Positions 44,655 through 55,843 of a stretch of DNA of 64,000 nucleotides are shown piece by piece. A program made the position numbers and the translations under genes. Every line of letters starts with the position of its first letter. Positions within the stretch are counted from its first letter, which is position 1. Location of the stretch: NCBI GenBank assembly GCA_016284305.1, contig JAEEON010000036.1:30735-94734 (forward strand). The letters are read 5' to 3'. The notes beneath the pieces were generated by a model that worked only from the letters and a program-made list of their open reading frames with translations, was not told where the DNA came from and did no database searches. The DNA comes from Bacteroidales bacterium (GTDB lineage Bacteria; Bacteroidota; Bacteroidia; Bacteroidales; F082).

Positions 44655-46642
44655 GGTATAACTAATTGTTTTTCATTGACATGTAACGCCCTCATGGCAT
44701 TGAAGACGGTGAGAACAGTGACGCCAACATCAGCAAATACGGCCATCCAGAGTTTAGCGATGCCGAAGGCTGCAAGGATGAGTACAGCCACTTTGATGCC
44801 GATGGCAAACCACACATTTTGTTTGGCGATGCCTAGGGTGCGGCGTGCTATCTTGATGGCCAAGGCGATCTTGGAGGGTTTGTCATCCATCAAAACCACG
44901 TCGGCAGCTTCAATAGCGGCATCGCTGCCAAGGCCTCCCATCGCCAATCCTACGTCAGCGCGGGCCAAAACAGGAGCGTCGTTGATGCCGTCACCTACAA
45001 AGGCGAGGTGAGAATTGAGAGGGGAGAGCTGAGAGGAGAGTTCTTTTTCTATAAAAGTGACTTTGTCGGAAGGTAATAAATCGGCGTGGTATTCGGTAAT
45101 GCCTAATTTGTTCGCTACGTCTTCCGCTACTTCCTTTCGGTCGCCAGTGAGCATCACGGTGCGCTTGATACCCAAAGATTGCAGCTCTTTGATGGCTTCC
45201 GCACTGTCGTCCTTGATCTTGTCGTTGATGACGATATGGCCAGCATATTGTCCGTCGATGGCGACATGGATGATGGTGCCAATATGATGACAATCATGCC
45301 ATTGTGCTCCTATAGCCTCCATCATCTTGCTATTGCCTACGCAGACAATTTGGCCGCCTACACGGGCGCGTATGCCTTGTCCAGCAATCTCTTCCACATC
45401 ACTGAGTGTGCATCCATCGGTGGCCTCGTCGGGAAAAGCGTCACGCAAGGCAGCTCCGATGGGATGGGTGGAATAGTGCTCCACATGGGCGGCGAGATGC
45501 AAGAGATGCCGCTCATCGCAGATCTCTGGGTGAACCGCTGTCACAGCAAACTGCCCATGGGTCAAAGTACCGGTCTTGTCGAAGACCACGGTATCGACTT
45601 TGGCCAGCACATCCATGTAGTTTGCCCCCTTGATGAGGATGCCTTTACGCGAAGCGCCACCAATGCCGCCAAAGAAAGAGAGCGGAACGCTGATGACCAA
45701 GGCGCAGGGACAAGAGACGACAAGGAACATGAGGGCGCGATAGAGCCAAGTGGAAAAGTGGGAATTGAAAATTGAAAGGCGAAAGGTGAAAGGTGAGAAG
45801 GATAATGATTGAAACAAAGGTGGGAGGAGCGCCAAGGCAATGGCGGCAAAGACGACGATGGGGGTATAGACACGGGCAAATCTCGTGATGAAGGCCTCAC
45901 TCTTCGACTTGCTCTCTGTGGCATGTTCCACCAACTCAATGATCTTGGAGACGGTGCTTTCGCCATAGGTCTTAGTGGTGCGCATCCTGATGACTCCCGA
46001 TAGGTTGATGCATCCAGAGATGACCTCATCACCCACATTGACCTCTCGAGGCAGGGTCTCTCCCGTCAAAGCCACCGTGTTGAGCGAGCTGCTACCCTCG
46101 ATGACTACGCCATCCAAAGGCACTTTTTCACCAGGCTTGACAAGGATGGTCTCGCCAATGCCTACGTTTTGTGGATCGACTGATTGGGTCTGACCTTCAC
46201 GTTCAACATTGGCGATGTCAGGCCTGATGTCCATGAGGTGGGCAATGCTGTCGCGACTCTTCCCTTCGGCATAGCCCTCAAATAGCTCACCGACCTGGAA
46301 GAAAAGCATGACGAAGACCGCCTCGGGAAACTGGGTCTCAGCCCCAGGAAGAAAACCGATGCAAAGGGCCCCGATGGTGGCAATCGCCATCAAGAAATGT
46401 TCGTTGAAAGCCTCTCCGTGAATCAACCCTTCAGCGGCTTCTTTCAAAGTCTCCCAACCGATGACTAGGTAAGGTATCAGATAGACAAGGAGCAGCTGCC
46501 AGGTGCTGAAGTTGCAACGCTTCTCTACAATGACGGCTGCGATAAGCAACACAACGGTGACGGCAATCTTGATGATCTGCTCTTTCAAGCTGCCTTCCTC
46601 ATGCTCGTGGTGCTCGTGTTCGTGATGATGTTCGTGTGCCAT
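44639..46642 (-). CDS. Heavy-metal translocating P1B-type ATPase (Zn/Cd/Co-type)
   Basis: His-rich N-terminus MAHEHHHEHEHHEHEE, TGE (ALTGETLP), SCPC transmembrane metal site, DKTGTLT, MLTGD, VGDGINDAP, TM8 ADVGVTVLTVFNAMR. Confidence 0.9.
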   Translation of the reverse strand: MAHEHHHEHEHHEHEEGSLKEQIIKIAVTVVLLIAAVIVEKRCNFSTWQLLLVYLIPYLVIGWETLKEAAEGLIHGEAFNEHFLMAIATIGALCIGFLPGAETQFPEAVFVMLFFQVGELFEGYAEGKSRDSIAHLMDIRPDIANVEREGQTQSVDPQNVGIGETILVKPGEKVPLDGVVIEGSSSLNTVALTGETLPREVNVGDEVISGCINLSGVIRMRTTKTYGESTVSKIIELVEHATESKSKSEAFITRFARVYTPIVVFAAIALALLPPLFQSLSFSPFTFRLSIFNSHFSTWLYRALMFLVVSCPCALVISVPLSFFGGIGGASRKGILIKGANYMDVLAKVDTVVFDKTGTLTHGQFAVTAVHPEICDERHLLHLAAHVEHYSTHPIGAALRDAFPDEATDGCTLSDVEEIAGQGIRARVGGQIVCVGNSKMMEAIGAQWHDCHHIGTIIHVAIDGQYAGHIVINDKIKDDSAEAIKELQSLGIKRTVMLTGDRKEVAEDVANKLGITEYHADLLPSDKVTFIEKELSSQLSPLNSHLAFVGDGINDAPVLARADVGLAMGGLGSDAAIEAADVVLMDDKPSKIALAIKIARRTLGIAKQNVWFAIGIKVAVLILAAFGIAKLWMAVFADVGVTVLTVFNAMRALHVNEKQLVIPWITK
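45007..45040 (+). repeat. Heptanucleotide tract inside the ATPase CDS (GGTGAGA ATTGAGA GGGGAGA GCTGAGA GGAGAG)
   Basis: Read on the plus strand (antisense to the gene). Encodes SSQLSPLNSH just before VGDGINDAP. Confidence 0.8.
45764..45798 (+). repeat. Heptanucleotide tract inside the ATPase CDS (ATTGAAA x2, GGCGAAA, GGTGAAA, GGTGAGA)
   Basis: Five consecutive 7-nt units. Encodes SFSPFTFRLSIFNS in the loop preceding the CPC helix. Confidence 0.85.
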
Positions 46643-46676
46643 AGTAAAACTTTTCTTTTATCAGATTAGATGAAAG

Positions 46677-46684
46677 CAAAATTA
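46677..46684 (-). promoter_or_regulatory. -7 promoter box (TAATTTTG on minus strand) for the ATPase-radical SAM operon
   Basis: Plus-strand CAAAATTA, 34 nt upstream of the ATG at 46642. Confidence 0.45.
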
Positions 46685-46747
46685 CGGCAGGATTCTCTAT
46701 CTCAAAATACCTATTAATTAGGAATATTACTCTTTGAATGTAGTCAT

Positions 46748-47611
46748 TTATTGCAGTTCTTCAACGATGGTGTTGACATTCAACATTCCCTCTGCTACGA
46801 TGGCAGCGGTTCCTCCGACATAGATGGTGCCGTCAGCCTTAACTTCGGTGGCGACTACGGAAGGTCTGCCCATGGCTTCGCCTTGAAGGAAAGAACACTT
46901 CGCCTGAGGGCCAAGGCAGCCTATCTTTTGGAGATAGTGGGTGAGGGCCGCGTTGGCAGTGCCGGTGGCGGATTCTTCGGGGACACCATACAAAGGTGCG
47001 AAGTCGCGGACATGAGCCGTGTAGCCGTCGTTGTCGAAAGCAAAGACATGGAAGCTGACCGCATGATGCTTCTCAGTAAGACGAGAAACCTTCTCCATGT
47101 CGGGTTGCAAGGCCTGCAAGGTATCCACATCCTTGACGGGAATCATCAGGTCAGCAAGACCCGAATAGGCGATCATCACAGGCAACGATGGCTTGTAGTC
47201 ATAGATTCCAAGGGCTTCATAGATCTCAGTGGTATCGTCAATGCGAGCTTCGATGCGTGGAGTGGCCATCTGCATCATCACGTGTTCGCCCACTTCGATG
47301 CTCAAGTCGCCAGCTAGGGTGTGGCAGAGGCAGGTGCCTTTGGCCAAGCCTTTGCGGAAGAGAAAGGAGAAAGTGGCGATGGTGGCATGGCCGCAGAGTT
47401 CCACTTCGGCTTTGGGTGTGAAATAACGAATGGTGTATTCCTGCTCGGAATGCCGCTTGATGAAGGCCGTCTCCGAATAGCGCAGCTCGGCAGCAACTTG
47501 TAGCATCACCGATTCCTTCGGGAAGCCAGTCTCGTCAAGGAGCACCACTCCAGCGGGATTGCCACCAAAAAGGTGCTCCGTAAATGCGTCAACGATAGCG
47601 TAGTTCATCAT
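46748..47611 (-). CDS. PhzF-family epimerase/isomerase-like protein
   Basis: MNYAIVDAFTEHLFGGNPAGVVL N-terminus, SETAFI, CGHATIA: typical of PhzF/YddE. Confidence 0.85.
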   Translation of the reverse strand: MMNYAIVDAFTEHLFGGNPAGVVLLDETGFPKESVMLQVAAELRYSETAFIKRHSEQEYTIRYFTPKAEVELCGHATIATFSFLFRKGLAKGTCLCHTLAGDLSIEVGEHVMMQMATPRIEARIDDTTEIYEALGIYDYKPSLPVMIAYSGLADLMIPVKDVDTLQALQPDMEKVSRLTEKHHAVSFHVFAFDNDGYTAHVRDFAPLYGVPEESATGTANAALTHYLQKIGCLGPQAKCSFLQGEAMGRPSVVATEVKADGTIYVGGTAAIVAEGMLNVNTIVEELQ

Positions 47612-49305
47612 CTTTCCCTTCTTTCAATGACCTCTTTCAACTGATAACGTTCGCCCGTGGATTTACCGATGGCATCGATAAACTGCTGGTCGTAACCAGG
47701 GGTGGTGTAACGTGCTCGGATGAATTCTCCGTTCTTTGAGGGTCGAACGATTTGGTCGTTGTGCTTGACAATGAGGAACTTGGCGAGTTTGTCCCAACGT
47801 TTCATCATCTTGTCGGCATAACTGATGCTTTTATGGTTGAGGTAGCTTTGCCGATCGGATGGAGTCATGTCTTTGATTGCGGTGAGGACGCTATCTTGAT
47901 CCGCAAAGTAATAGTCTTCCAGCTCGTTTTGCGCATCGCGCAAATCACCGATCATCAATGAGTAGCGAGGATAGACCATGTTGGCTACCCAATTGTTCAT
48001 CCAGAAGGCAGATTCGTAGGAGAATTCGTTGCGAGGGTTGTTCTCGGGACGGAAGGCATCGGGCACCTGGGTGATGCAGCAATACAGCGGCACATAGGCC
48101 ACCATGTTGGCATCATCGCAGTTGAACCAAGTCACGCCGCCCACATCGTTGGGCAGCCATGAACGCATCTGGCAGGTCATGGTGAAGCCAGACTGTTGTG
48201 TGGCGATAGGGCGTTCGCGGTAATATGCGATGCTGTCGCTGTCCTTGAAGTGCATGGGCAACGGGCGGATGGGCATCCCCCAAGGACCAGCGGTCATGTC
48301 GGAGGTCATATCCAAAGGAGTTCCTTCAAAATGATCACGCATGTCACGCTGCAAGTCGCGCAAGGAGAGGGGAGCATCAGGTTTGATCCAAAGCGGAAGA
48401 TGGTCACATTGGTCAAAGTCGCCATTGATGTAAGGCAGGTATTTGTCCATCTCCTCATGACTATAATGATGTCGGAAGAAGCTCCATACGCGGGCATCGG
48501 CATAACGCACGTTTTCGAAGTCGATGGGGCAGTAGGCATCGCGGAAAGAGAAGTCCTCGTCTTTGCCGCTGAAATAGCCTTTCTCTCTGGCCAAGCTGAT
48601 AACATCCTCGGCATAGATGCACTCTACCTCGGGACGGTTGAGGTGTTTGAAGCTCTTGCTGCTGATGCTGGTGTAGGAACGTTTTTTCTCCAACGGGAAT
48701 TGCCTGATACGGCTGAGGTTGGCATGGGCGCAGATGGCGTCGTCGGGGATGCGCAAAGCTACCCAAACGGCACCTTTTCGACCAGGGCCTTTGCCCACGA
48801 TTTCCATGATCCATGCTTCGTTGGGGTCGCAAACGGTGATGGTCTCACCGCTGCTGTTGTAGCCGTATTCGGCGACTAACTCGGCCATGCATTGGATGGC
48901 TTCTCTTGCCGTGGAGCAACGTTGCAAAGCCAAGCGCATGAGGCTGAAATAGTCCAACAATCCTTCAGGGTTGACCAATTCCAAACGACCATCAAAGGTG
49001 GTCTCTACGATAGTCACCTGACGTTCGTTCATCAACCCCACCACATTATAGGTGTATTCAACTTGTTTGACAAACTGTCCCTCATGGGATGGCCCCCAAC
49101 CATGGATGGCGATCAACTCGCCTTCCGCATGCTTTCCTGGAGGGCTGTGGAACAACGATCCGGAGAACCCGAATCCATCGCAGTTATAAGTGCACATCAC
49201 GCTACCATCGGTAGAAGCTTTCTTTCCGACGATGAGATTGGTGCAGGCAAAGATGGTCTCCGTACTTAAAGTAATGATTAAAGTAAGGATAAGCAGTTTT
49301 TTCAT
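47608..49305 (-). CDS. C69 family dipeptidase (secreted)
   Basis: Signal peptide, then the nucleophile Cys context FACTNLIVGKKAS. 565 aa, typical size. Confidence 0.8.
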   Translation of the reverse strand: MKKLLILTLIITLSTETIFACTNLIVGKKASTDGSVMCTYNCDGFGFSGSLFHSPPGKHAEGELIAIHGWGPSHEGQFVKQVEYTYNVVGLMNERQVTIVETTFDGRLELVNPEGLLDYFSLMRLALQRCSTAREAIQCMAELVAEYGYNSSGETITVCDPNEAWIMEIVGKGPGRKGAVWVALRIPDDAICAHANLSRIRQFPLEKKRSYTSISSKSFKHLNRPEVECIYAEDVISLAREKGYFSGKDEDFSFRDAYCPIDFENVRYADARVWSFFRHHYSHEEMDKYLPYINGDFDQCDHLPLWIKPDAPLSLRDLQRDMRDHFEGTPLDMTSDMTAGPWGMPIRPLPMHFKDSDSIAYYRERPIATQQSGFTMTCQMRSWLPNDVGGVTWFNCDDANMVAYVPLYCCITQVPDAFRPENNPRNEFSYESAFWMNNWVANMVYPRYSLMIGDLRDAQNELEDYYFADQDSVLTAIKDMTPSDRQSYLNHKSISYADKMMKRWDKLAKFLIVKHNDQIVRPSKNGEFIRARYTTPGYDQQFIDAIGKSTGERYQLKEVIERRER

Positions 49306-49327
49306 ATTTAGTTATTTATAGATTATT

Positions 49328-51667
<2,340 letters not shown>

Positions 51668-51692
51668 CTAGAGGGTTATTTGAAGTTAACGA

Positions 51693-52532
51693 TTATATTT
51701 TGATTGTCAGGGTAGAACGTATCATGGCATCCCACCATTTGGCGGGTAGCAGCCAGTGTAAGAACACCAAGGTGCCAGAGAAGGCTCCGATGCGGTAGCG
51801 TGCCCTTGGATGGCGACGATTGACGGCTTTTTTGATGGCCTTGGTGACCAACGAGGGCTTGGAGAGGTGGTTGGAGTTGTACAACCACTGAATAGCCTTG
51901 GCTTCATTCAAAGCTGTCTCTTCGTAGGCAGTGCCTTTCGACGACTCGGCAAGATGCTTAGCGGCGATAGGGCCCCAATCGGTCTTGATGGCTCCAGGTT
52001 CGATCATCACCACGTCGATGCCGAAAGGTTTCATTTCCATTCGCAAGGCATCGCTTAAGGCCTCGACGGAGTATTTGGTGACGTGGTACCATCCTCCATA
52101 ATAAAGCACGGAACGACCTGCCACCGACGAGGTGTTGACAATGCGGCCTGAACCTTGCTTCCGCATGATAGGCAGGACCTTCTGGCAAAGGTTGGCCAAC
52201 CCAAACACGTTGACTTCTACTTGTCGGCGGGCATCTTCCATGGGGACATTCTCAATGGCTCCGAAATAGCCGTAACCGGCGTTATTGACCAACACGTCGA
52301 TGCGCCCCTCGGCATCCATGACAGCTCTGACACCTTCGTCCATCGAAGTCTCATCGGTGACGTCCATGTAAATAGGGATGATGCCTTTCTCGCGAAGAGG
52401 TTCCATTTTTTCGACACGCCGTGCAGCAGCATACACTTTATGTCCTTGCTGGGCCAGCATGATGGCAGCATCGTAGCCGATGCCGCTGCTAGCTCCAGTG
52501 AGCAAGATGACTTTTGAGTTGTTATTGCTCAT
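51693..52532 (-). CDS. Short-chain dehydrogenase/reductase
   Basis: LTGASSGIGYDAA, NNAGYG, YHVTKYSVEAL (YxxxK). Confidence 0.85.
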   Translation of the reverse strand: MSNNNSKVILLTGASSGIGYDAAIMLAQQGHKVYAAARRVEKMEPLREKGIIPIYMDVTDETSMDEGVRAVMDAEGRIDVLVNNAGYGYFGAIENVPMEDARRQVEVNVFGLANLCQKVLPIMRKQGSGRIVNTSSVAGRSVLYYGGWYHVTKYSVEALSDALRMEMKPFGIDVVMIEPGAIKTDWGPIAAKHLAESSKGTAYEETALNEAKAIQWLYNSNHLSKPSLVTKAIKKAVNRRHPRARYRIGAFSGTLVFLHWLLPAKWWDAMIRSTLTIKI

Positions 52533-52544
52533 TAATTGTACGAT

Positions 52545-53201
52545 TTAGTATCCGAAAAACTCCTTCAGACCTTGTCTTTTTAGTAAGTCTTCAGCGGTGA
52601 ACTGGTAATGTGATGCGGCAGAGAGAGTAACCACTTTTTTAAGGAATTCCTCGTAAGGAAGATTGAACCATTCCTCAGGAATGTCAACGTGGATGGTGCC
52701 GCCGTCGTTGTGTCCTCCTCCCCACCACCAGGCTTCGTCGAGGGCAGCCTCGTAGGTGCCGTCGTCCAACTTGGTAAAAGCATACCAGTTGACCCATTCA
52801 CGCATCCCTTCAGGAGTTTTTGGACCTTCATAATGAGGTGCGGAATGGTCTTTCGCAGAGTAGGTTTGCTCGTTTTTCTCAGCGTTTCGATTATACACAA
52901 CGAACCGTTCATTGGTTTCTTTAGGGATTCTCTTGATCACGAAAAACCCATCATCGTAAATCGGTCTTTTCAGGCCTTTCACTCGGTTTTTCTCCGTCAA
53001 CAAATTCTCGATGGCTGCAATGGGTTTTTTTTGACGGCAGTTCTTCAACAAGCCTAACTCCTTCAGCTTGTCCTTAAAGTCTTCGAGGTCTTGTTTCCAA
53101 GAGGTTATAACAAACTCATAGGAATGGTCGGAGAAGACATAATAGTTTCCGATGTACTTGTCCCCGTGGGAGATGGAATAATGGTCAATAATGTATGTCA
53201 T
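52545..53201 (-). CDS. Hypothetical protein, no recognisable domain
   Basis: 218-aa ORF in operon spacing with its neighbours. Trp/Gly-rich segment EAWWWGGGHNDGG. No signal peptide. Confidence 0.5.
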   Translation of the reverse strand: MTYIIDHYSISHGDKYIGNYYVFSDHSYEFVITSWKQDLEDFKDKLKELGLLKNCRQKKPIAAIENLLTEKNRVKGLKRPIYDDGFFVIKRIPKETNERFVVYNRNAEKNEQTYSAKDHSAPHYEGPKTPEGMREWVNWYAFTKLDDGTYEAALDEAWWWGGGHNDGGTIHVDIPEEWFNLPYEEFLKKVVTLSAASHYQFTAEDLLKRQGLKEFFGY

Positions 53202-53219
53202 AGGTGCTGTTGGTGTGGG

Positions 53220-53726
53220 TTAAGATGATTCAAGGTTAAGAAGAAATTGTTTGGCTTTGAGTCCGCCTCCATAGCCGGTCAAGGTGCCGTTGCTACCGAT
53301 GACACGGTGGCATGGTGCGATGATGCTGATGGGGTTGGCACCGTTGGCGTTGGCCACGGCACGGACGGCTTTGGGCATCCCGATGTTGCGTGCCATCTCG
53401 CCGTAGGATACCGTTCCCCCATAAGGTATATTCATCAACTCGGCCCAGACACGTTTTTGGAATTCCGTCCCTACAAAAAGCAGAGGAAGATCGAAATTGC
53501 GTCTTTCTTGATGGAAATACTCCTCAAGCTGTTTCTGGGCGACGGCAATCACTTCAGAAGGCTTTTCAATGAAATCAGCTTTCAGTCCCCGTTTCAGCCG
53601 GTTCTCCGTGGCTTGCCAATGCCATCCGTCCATCCAGTCGCAGAGACAGAGCCGTTTGTTGAACGACCCGAGTCGCAACGTCCCGCAAGGGGTGGGGTAG
53701 TATTGGAGGTGAAGCTGTTCTGCCAT
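53220..53726 (-). CDS. ogt: Methylated-DNA--protein-cysteine methyltransferase
   Basis: Active-site IIAPCHRVIGSNG (PCHRV). YGEMARNIG helix-turn-helix region. Confidence 0.9.
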   Translation of the reverse strand: MAEQLHLQYYPTPCGTLRLGSFNKRLCLCDWMDGWHWQATENRLKRGLKADFIEKPSEVIAVAQKQLEEYFHQERRNFDLPLLFVGTEFQKRVWAELMNIPYGGTVSYGEMARNIGMPKAVRAVANANGANPISIIAPCHRVIGSNGTLTGYGGGLKAKQFLLNLESS

Positions 53727-53728
53727 GA

Positions 53729-54535
53729 TCAGTTCGATGCGTTATAAAGATCCTGCATCACCAGTCCAGCGATGGTGAATCCAAAGATAGCAGTGATATG
53801 TGCTGTGGTACCGTTGATTTGTGCTTTTGAAGAGCACCATTCATGGTTGATGAGATCGGGGTTGCCAGCGGCGATGATGGCTTTGGGACACATGCAGGCG
53901 CTAGTTCCACAGGCGCTTGCAGTGCCTTTGTTGGGAAGTACTTCTGGAGAAAACACACAGAGGAACTTCTTGGCAGGATATTCGTCCATCTTTTTGAGGC
54001 GTTTACGGATGGCACGGGCCAAGGGGCATCCCTCCACTTCCCAGAACTCGGCCACCTTCACCTGGGTTGGATCCATCTTGAGGGCAGCGCCCATAGCGGA
54101 GAAAAGCTTTCCCTGACAGGAAGAGGCATGAAGGATGAGGTGTACCTTGTCTTTGAGGCTGTCGATGGCATCGATGATGTAGTCGTAGGTCTCGAGTTGG
54201 AAGATCTCAGCGTTTTCGGCGGAGTAGATCTCTTGCATGGCGTTGATCTCAGCCTCGGGGTTGATCTCTAGGAGTCGCTCCTTTAGCACTTCCACCTTGA
54301 CTTGCCCAACGGTCTTGGTGGTGGCTTGCAGCTGCCGGTTCACGTTGGTGATACACACCCGGTCACTATCGACGATGGTGAGATGGCTGATGCCGCTACG
54401 CACAAGGCTTTCAGCACACCAGCTGCCTACGCCTCCCACGCCGAAGATGATGACGCGTTTGCTGCGCACCCGCTCCATGGTCTCTTCGCCAAGGAGTAAG
54501 TTCAGCCGGTTGAATATGGCGTTTTCGATGCCCAT
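53729..54535 (-). CDS. tcdA: tRNA threonylcarbamoyladenosine dehydratase (ThiF/E1-like)
   Basis: VIIFGVGGVGSWCAESLVRSGISHLTIVDSDRVCITNVNRQ nucleotide-binding signature. 268 aa. Confidence 0.8.
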   Translation of the reverse strand: MGIENAIFNRLNLLLGEETMERVRSKRVIIFGVGGVGSWCAESLVRSGISHLTIVDSDRVCITNVNRQLQATTKTVGQVKVEVLKERLLEINPEAEINAMQEIYSAENAEIFQLETYDYIIDAIDSLKDKVHLILHASSCQGKLFSAMGAALKMDPTQVKVAEFWEVEGCPLARAIRKRLKKMDEYPAKKFLCVFSPEVLPNKGTASACGTSACMCPKAIIAAGNPDLINHEWCSSKAQINGTTAHITAIFGFTIAGLVMQDLYNASN

Positions 54536-54561
54536 CGGTGCTTTTTTTGAGGATCAGTTCG

Positions 54562-54569
54562 CAAAAATA
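54562..54569 (-). promoter_or_regulatory. -7 promoter box (TATTTTTG on minus strand) for the tcdA-led minus-strand gene string
   Basis: Plus-strand CAAAAATA, 26 nt upstream of the ATG at 54535. Confidence 0.4.
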
Positions 54570-54601
54570 AAACTTTTTTTTCTGTTATTTTACTGATTTC
54601 G

Positions 54602-54609
54602 TACCTTTG
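54602..54609 (+). promoter_or_regulatory. -7 promoter box TACCTTTG for the VanX-like dipeptidase gene
   Basis: Exact TAnnTTTG, 19 nt before the ATG at 54629. Confidence 0.45.
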
Positions 54610-54628
54610 TCCAGATTAATCAGAAGAA

Positions 54629-55393
54629 ATGAAAAAGTACATCCTAGCTATGCTTGCCGCCATCTTGGTCTGCGGCACTTGTAAGAGACAGACTCCAATA
54701 GAGTCGAAACCACAAGTCGTCACTTTGTCACCCACTGAGGATGCCTCTCAGTTCGTTAACCTGGCAGAGGCTGTTCCCGATGTCATCCTAGAGATCCGTT
54801 ATTATAGCACATATAACTTTGTGGGTGCTCGTATCGATGGCTATCTGGAACCCACAGCCCTGTTGACTCGTCGGGCTGCCGACAGTTTGCGCGCTGTCAG
54901 TGATGATTTGGTGCAACAAGGCTACCGTCTCAAGATTTACGACGCCTATCGTCCGCAATGCGCCGTTGACCACTTTGTGCGCTGGGCCGCCGATGTCAAC
55001 GACACCCTGATGCGGAAGTATTTCTATCCCGATGTCGATAAAAGCGAATTGTTTGAGCGAGAGTATATCATGGCGAAAAGCGGTCATACCCGTGGTTCGA
55101 CTGTCGATCTGACCTTGTTCGACATGGCGACGGAGAAAGAACTCGACATGGGTGGCACTTTCGATTGGTTCGGTCATGAGAGCCATCCTGATTTTGGAGG
55201 CAACCCAGAGACAGGGGAGTGGAAGAAAGGGGAGAACATCACCCCGGAACAGTTCCATAACCGCATGATCCTCCGTGAAGCCATGCTGCGTCACGGTTTC
55301 AAGGCGTTGGATACGGAATGGTGGCATTTCACCTTGCGAGATGAGCCTTTCCAGGACACGTATTTTACTTTCCCAGTGAAGAAATTAGACTAA
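54629..55393 (+). CDS. M15D D-alanyl-D-alanine dipeptidase (VanX/DdpX-like), secreted or lipoprotein
   Basis: SGHTRGSTVDLTL (SxHxxGxAxD) and EWWHF zinc/catalytic motifs. N-terminal signal with Cys (LVCGTC). Confidence 0.85.
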   Translation: MKKYILAMLAAILVCGTCKRQTPIESKPQVVTLSPTEDASQFVNLAEAVPDVILEIRYYSTYNFVGARIDGYLEPTALLTRRAADSLRAVSDDLVQQGYRLKIYDAYRPQCAVDHFVRWAADVNDTLMRKYFYPDVDKSELFEREYIMAKSGHTRGSTVDLTLFDMATEKELDMGGTFDWFGHESHPDFGGNPETGEWKKGENITPEQFHNRMILREAMLRHGFKALDTEWWHFTLRDEPFQDTYFTFPVKKLD

Positions 55394-55417
55394 GGTGAAC
55401 ATCAAGGACTGCCAATT

Positions 55418-55720
55418 ATGTATAAAGTAAAAATCACAGCCGTACGCCAAACCGTCTATCCCGACCTGATGGCGCAATTCGAAAACCCGATCGAACATAC
55501 CTGTGACGTGAAAATCGGCCAAAGCTGGATTTCTGTTGATGGGCAATGCCCTGAAGGAATGTGTGCCTCGGCATGGTCTTCGATGCGAGAGTTCGTCGAG
55601 GCGTTAGCCAGGGGAGAAGGCAACTTCTTCGATGGTTGGATGCGGAACCCGATGTCAGCTATGATCAGTTGTAACGACGGGTTCCGTCCAATGAGTTTTT
55701 ACCTCGAAGTTCTTCCCTGA
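55418..55720 (+). CDS. Small Cys-containing protein, TIGR04076-like
   Basis: 100 aa. CPEGMCASAW motif resembles the conserved CP.G.C..A core of that family. Assignment is from memory only. Confidence 0.4.
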   Translation: MYKVKITAVRQTVYPDLMAQFENPIEHTCDVKIGQSWISVDGQCPEGMCASAWSSMREFVEALARGEGNFFDGWMRNPMSAMISCNDGFRPMSFYLEVLP

Positions 55721-55735
55721 TCTCATCTTACAATA

Positions 55736-55769
55736 ATCCCCAGGTGGCGCTGACGCGCTACCCGGGGAT
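55736..55769. terminator. GC-rich hairpin between convergent genes (possible bidirectional terminator or REP-like element)
   Basis: ATCCCCAGGTGGCGC-TGAC-GCGCTACCCGGGGAT. 15-bp stem with one A-C mismatch and one G-U pair. No flanking T-run. Confidence 0.35.
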
Positions 55770-55814
55770 ACTATTGGCGCCCCTCTATGAGGTACTTTGG
55801 TTGCTATCAATACT

Positions 55815-55842
55815 TTTCACCTTTCACCTTTCACCTTTCACC
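55815..55842 (+). repeat. Perfect (TTTCACC)x4 heptanucleotide tandem repeat
   Basis: Four exact units ending 1 nt before the stop codon of the minus-strand MBL gene. It is the reverse complement of the GGTGAAA units seen inside the ATPase and GH97 genes. Confidence 0.95.
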
Positions 55843-55843
55843 T

